From positions 116,980-180,979 of the forward strand of contig JAHLTZ010000040.1 in assembly GCA_025786725.1 (NCBI GenBank): DNA of 64,000 nt, read 5' to 3'. The position numbers and the translations under genes are program-made. This document shows positions 63,154 to 64,000 of this stretch, piece after piece. Positions within the stretch are counted from its first letter, which is position 1. Every line of letters begins with the position of its first letter. The notes beneath the pieces are model-generated. The model was not told where the DNA came from. It ran no database searches and worked only from the letters and a program-made list of their open reading frames with translations. The stretch is from Syncephalis fuscata S228. Taxonomy: Eukaryota > Fungi > Zoopagomycota.

Positions 63154-63618
63154 TCAAATCGACTGACCAGTGTTATGACGTTCCATAGTGGTGTTTTTGC
63201 GTACTTGCTTGATTGCATCACGAAGTAGTACCATGAATCGTTTTGAATCTTCAACAGAAAAGCCTTTGCGCAACCAATCGTTCTTTACGGTGACCAACAC
63301 ACAGTCGCGCGCCTCCTTGATAAAGGGCAAACTACGGTGCCAGTCAAGTGCCCACCAAGTGGATCCGTCGCTCGATAGCCCGTTGAACTTTCGCGAGAAC
63401 CAGGGCAGGTCCAACTCGCGGTCAGTATATGCCGATTCGATATCACTTAACGCAAGTGTTTTGGAGATACCCGGGGCGAAATACGAATAGATAATAAGCT
63501 CTTTATCCGTAAGAGCGCAGCAGCTGTCCCGGTAATAGTAGTGCACTTTTGCCTGGGGCGCAAAAAACCCGTCGTCTTCCTCACGAGGCTCAAAGGTCGA
63601 GTCGGCACGAATAGACAT
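63154..63618 (-). CDS. Intronless 154-aa uncharacterised protein, intact inverted-repeat copy
   Basis: Complete ORF; mirror of 24835-25298. Confidence 0.8.
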   Translation of the reverse strand: MSIRADSTFEPREEDDGFFAPQAKVHYYYRDSCCALTDKELIIYSYFAPGISKTLALSDIESAYTDRELDLPWFSRKFNGLSSDGSTWWALDWHRSLPFIKEARDCVLVTVKNDWLRKGFSVEDSKRFMVLLRDAIKQVRKNTTMERHNTGQSI

Positions 63619-64000
63619 AAGGAATAGAATATACAGCTGTTGTTTGGTAGAAAAGGTAGTCTGTGCGAATGTGTGGTAAAGAGAAAGGAATCCAAAACAT
63701 GGATTTCACACACACACACATTATGTCAGTCAAATATGGTGTTCCACTACGATGCAATCAGACGATTTTATCAGTAACATTGTTCACCACCCAGCTTTAT
63801 ATTTAATAGAATGAACGTTTAATTTAACTACACGGACATTATCAAATCACATCGAACGGTTTAATAATTCCTTAATGTTTTCAAAAGCTATCTTTATTTA
63901 ATAAACAAATATTATTTTTTATAATATCGTAATACAAATTAAATGATAAGTCTGCACATAGGATATGAATAAATAATTATTACCAAGTAAAAGACCAAAC

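Larger units (their letters stand above)
48556..64000 (-). repeat. Right arm of giant inverted repeat (runs off the window end)
   Basis: Reverse complement of about 24453-39908; near-identical from about 49093 outward, decaying inward to about 48556. Confidence 0.97.

Overview
AT-rich, intron-dense fungal DNA with short (about 50-100 nt) introns. An early-diverging lineage (Zoopagomycota/Mucoromycota-like) is inferred from LAMTOR3, ZNF830, a JTB-like gene, the PanK-DUF89 fusion and a minor intron. 1-22 kb holds single-copy housekeeping genes (F-BAR/RhoGAP, ZDS1, RFA1, PanK-DUF89, TMS1/SERINC, GEM1/Miro, RBA50, RPC17, JTB-like). 22-28 kb holds a tandem pair of small secreted 8-Cys protein genes with near-identical upstream DNA and signal peptide but hypervariable mature domains. 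From about 24.45 kb to the window end the DNA is a giant inverted repeat (arms at least 15 kb, axis about 44.2 kb) duplicating 8 genes. The arms start in inverted members of a signal peptide + ectodomain + 7TM receptor-like family. They enclose a third family member and a unique CWC25/TAH18(NDOR1) core that is itself bracketed by an older, eroded inverted repeat. Splicing oddities: a U12-type AT-AC intron in NDOR1, a probable 1-nt microexon in TMS1, and five GC-AG introns. Scattered 1-2 nt indels, often corrected by the other arm, indicate unpolished sequence, so the palindrome may be partly an assembly artefact. All alignments were made by eye and boundaries are approximate.
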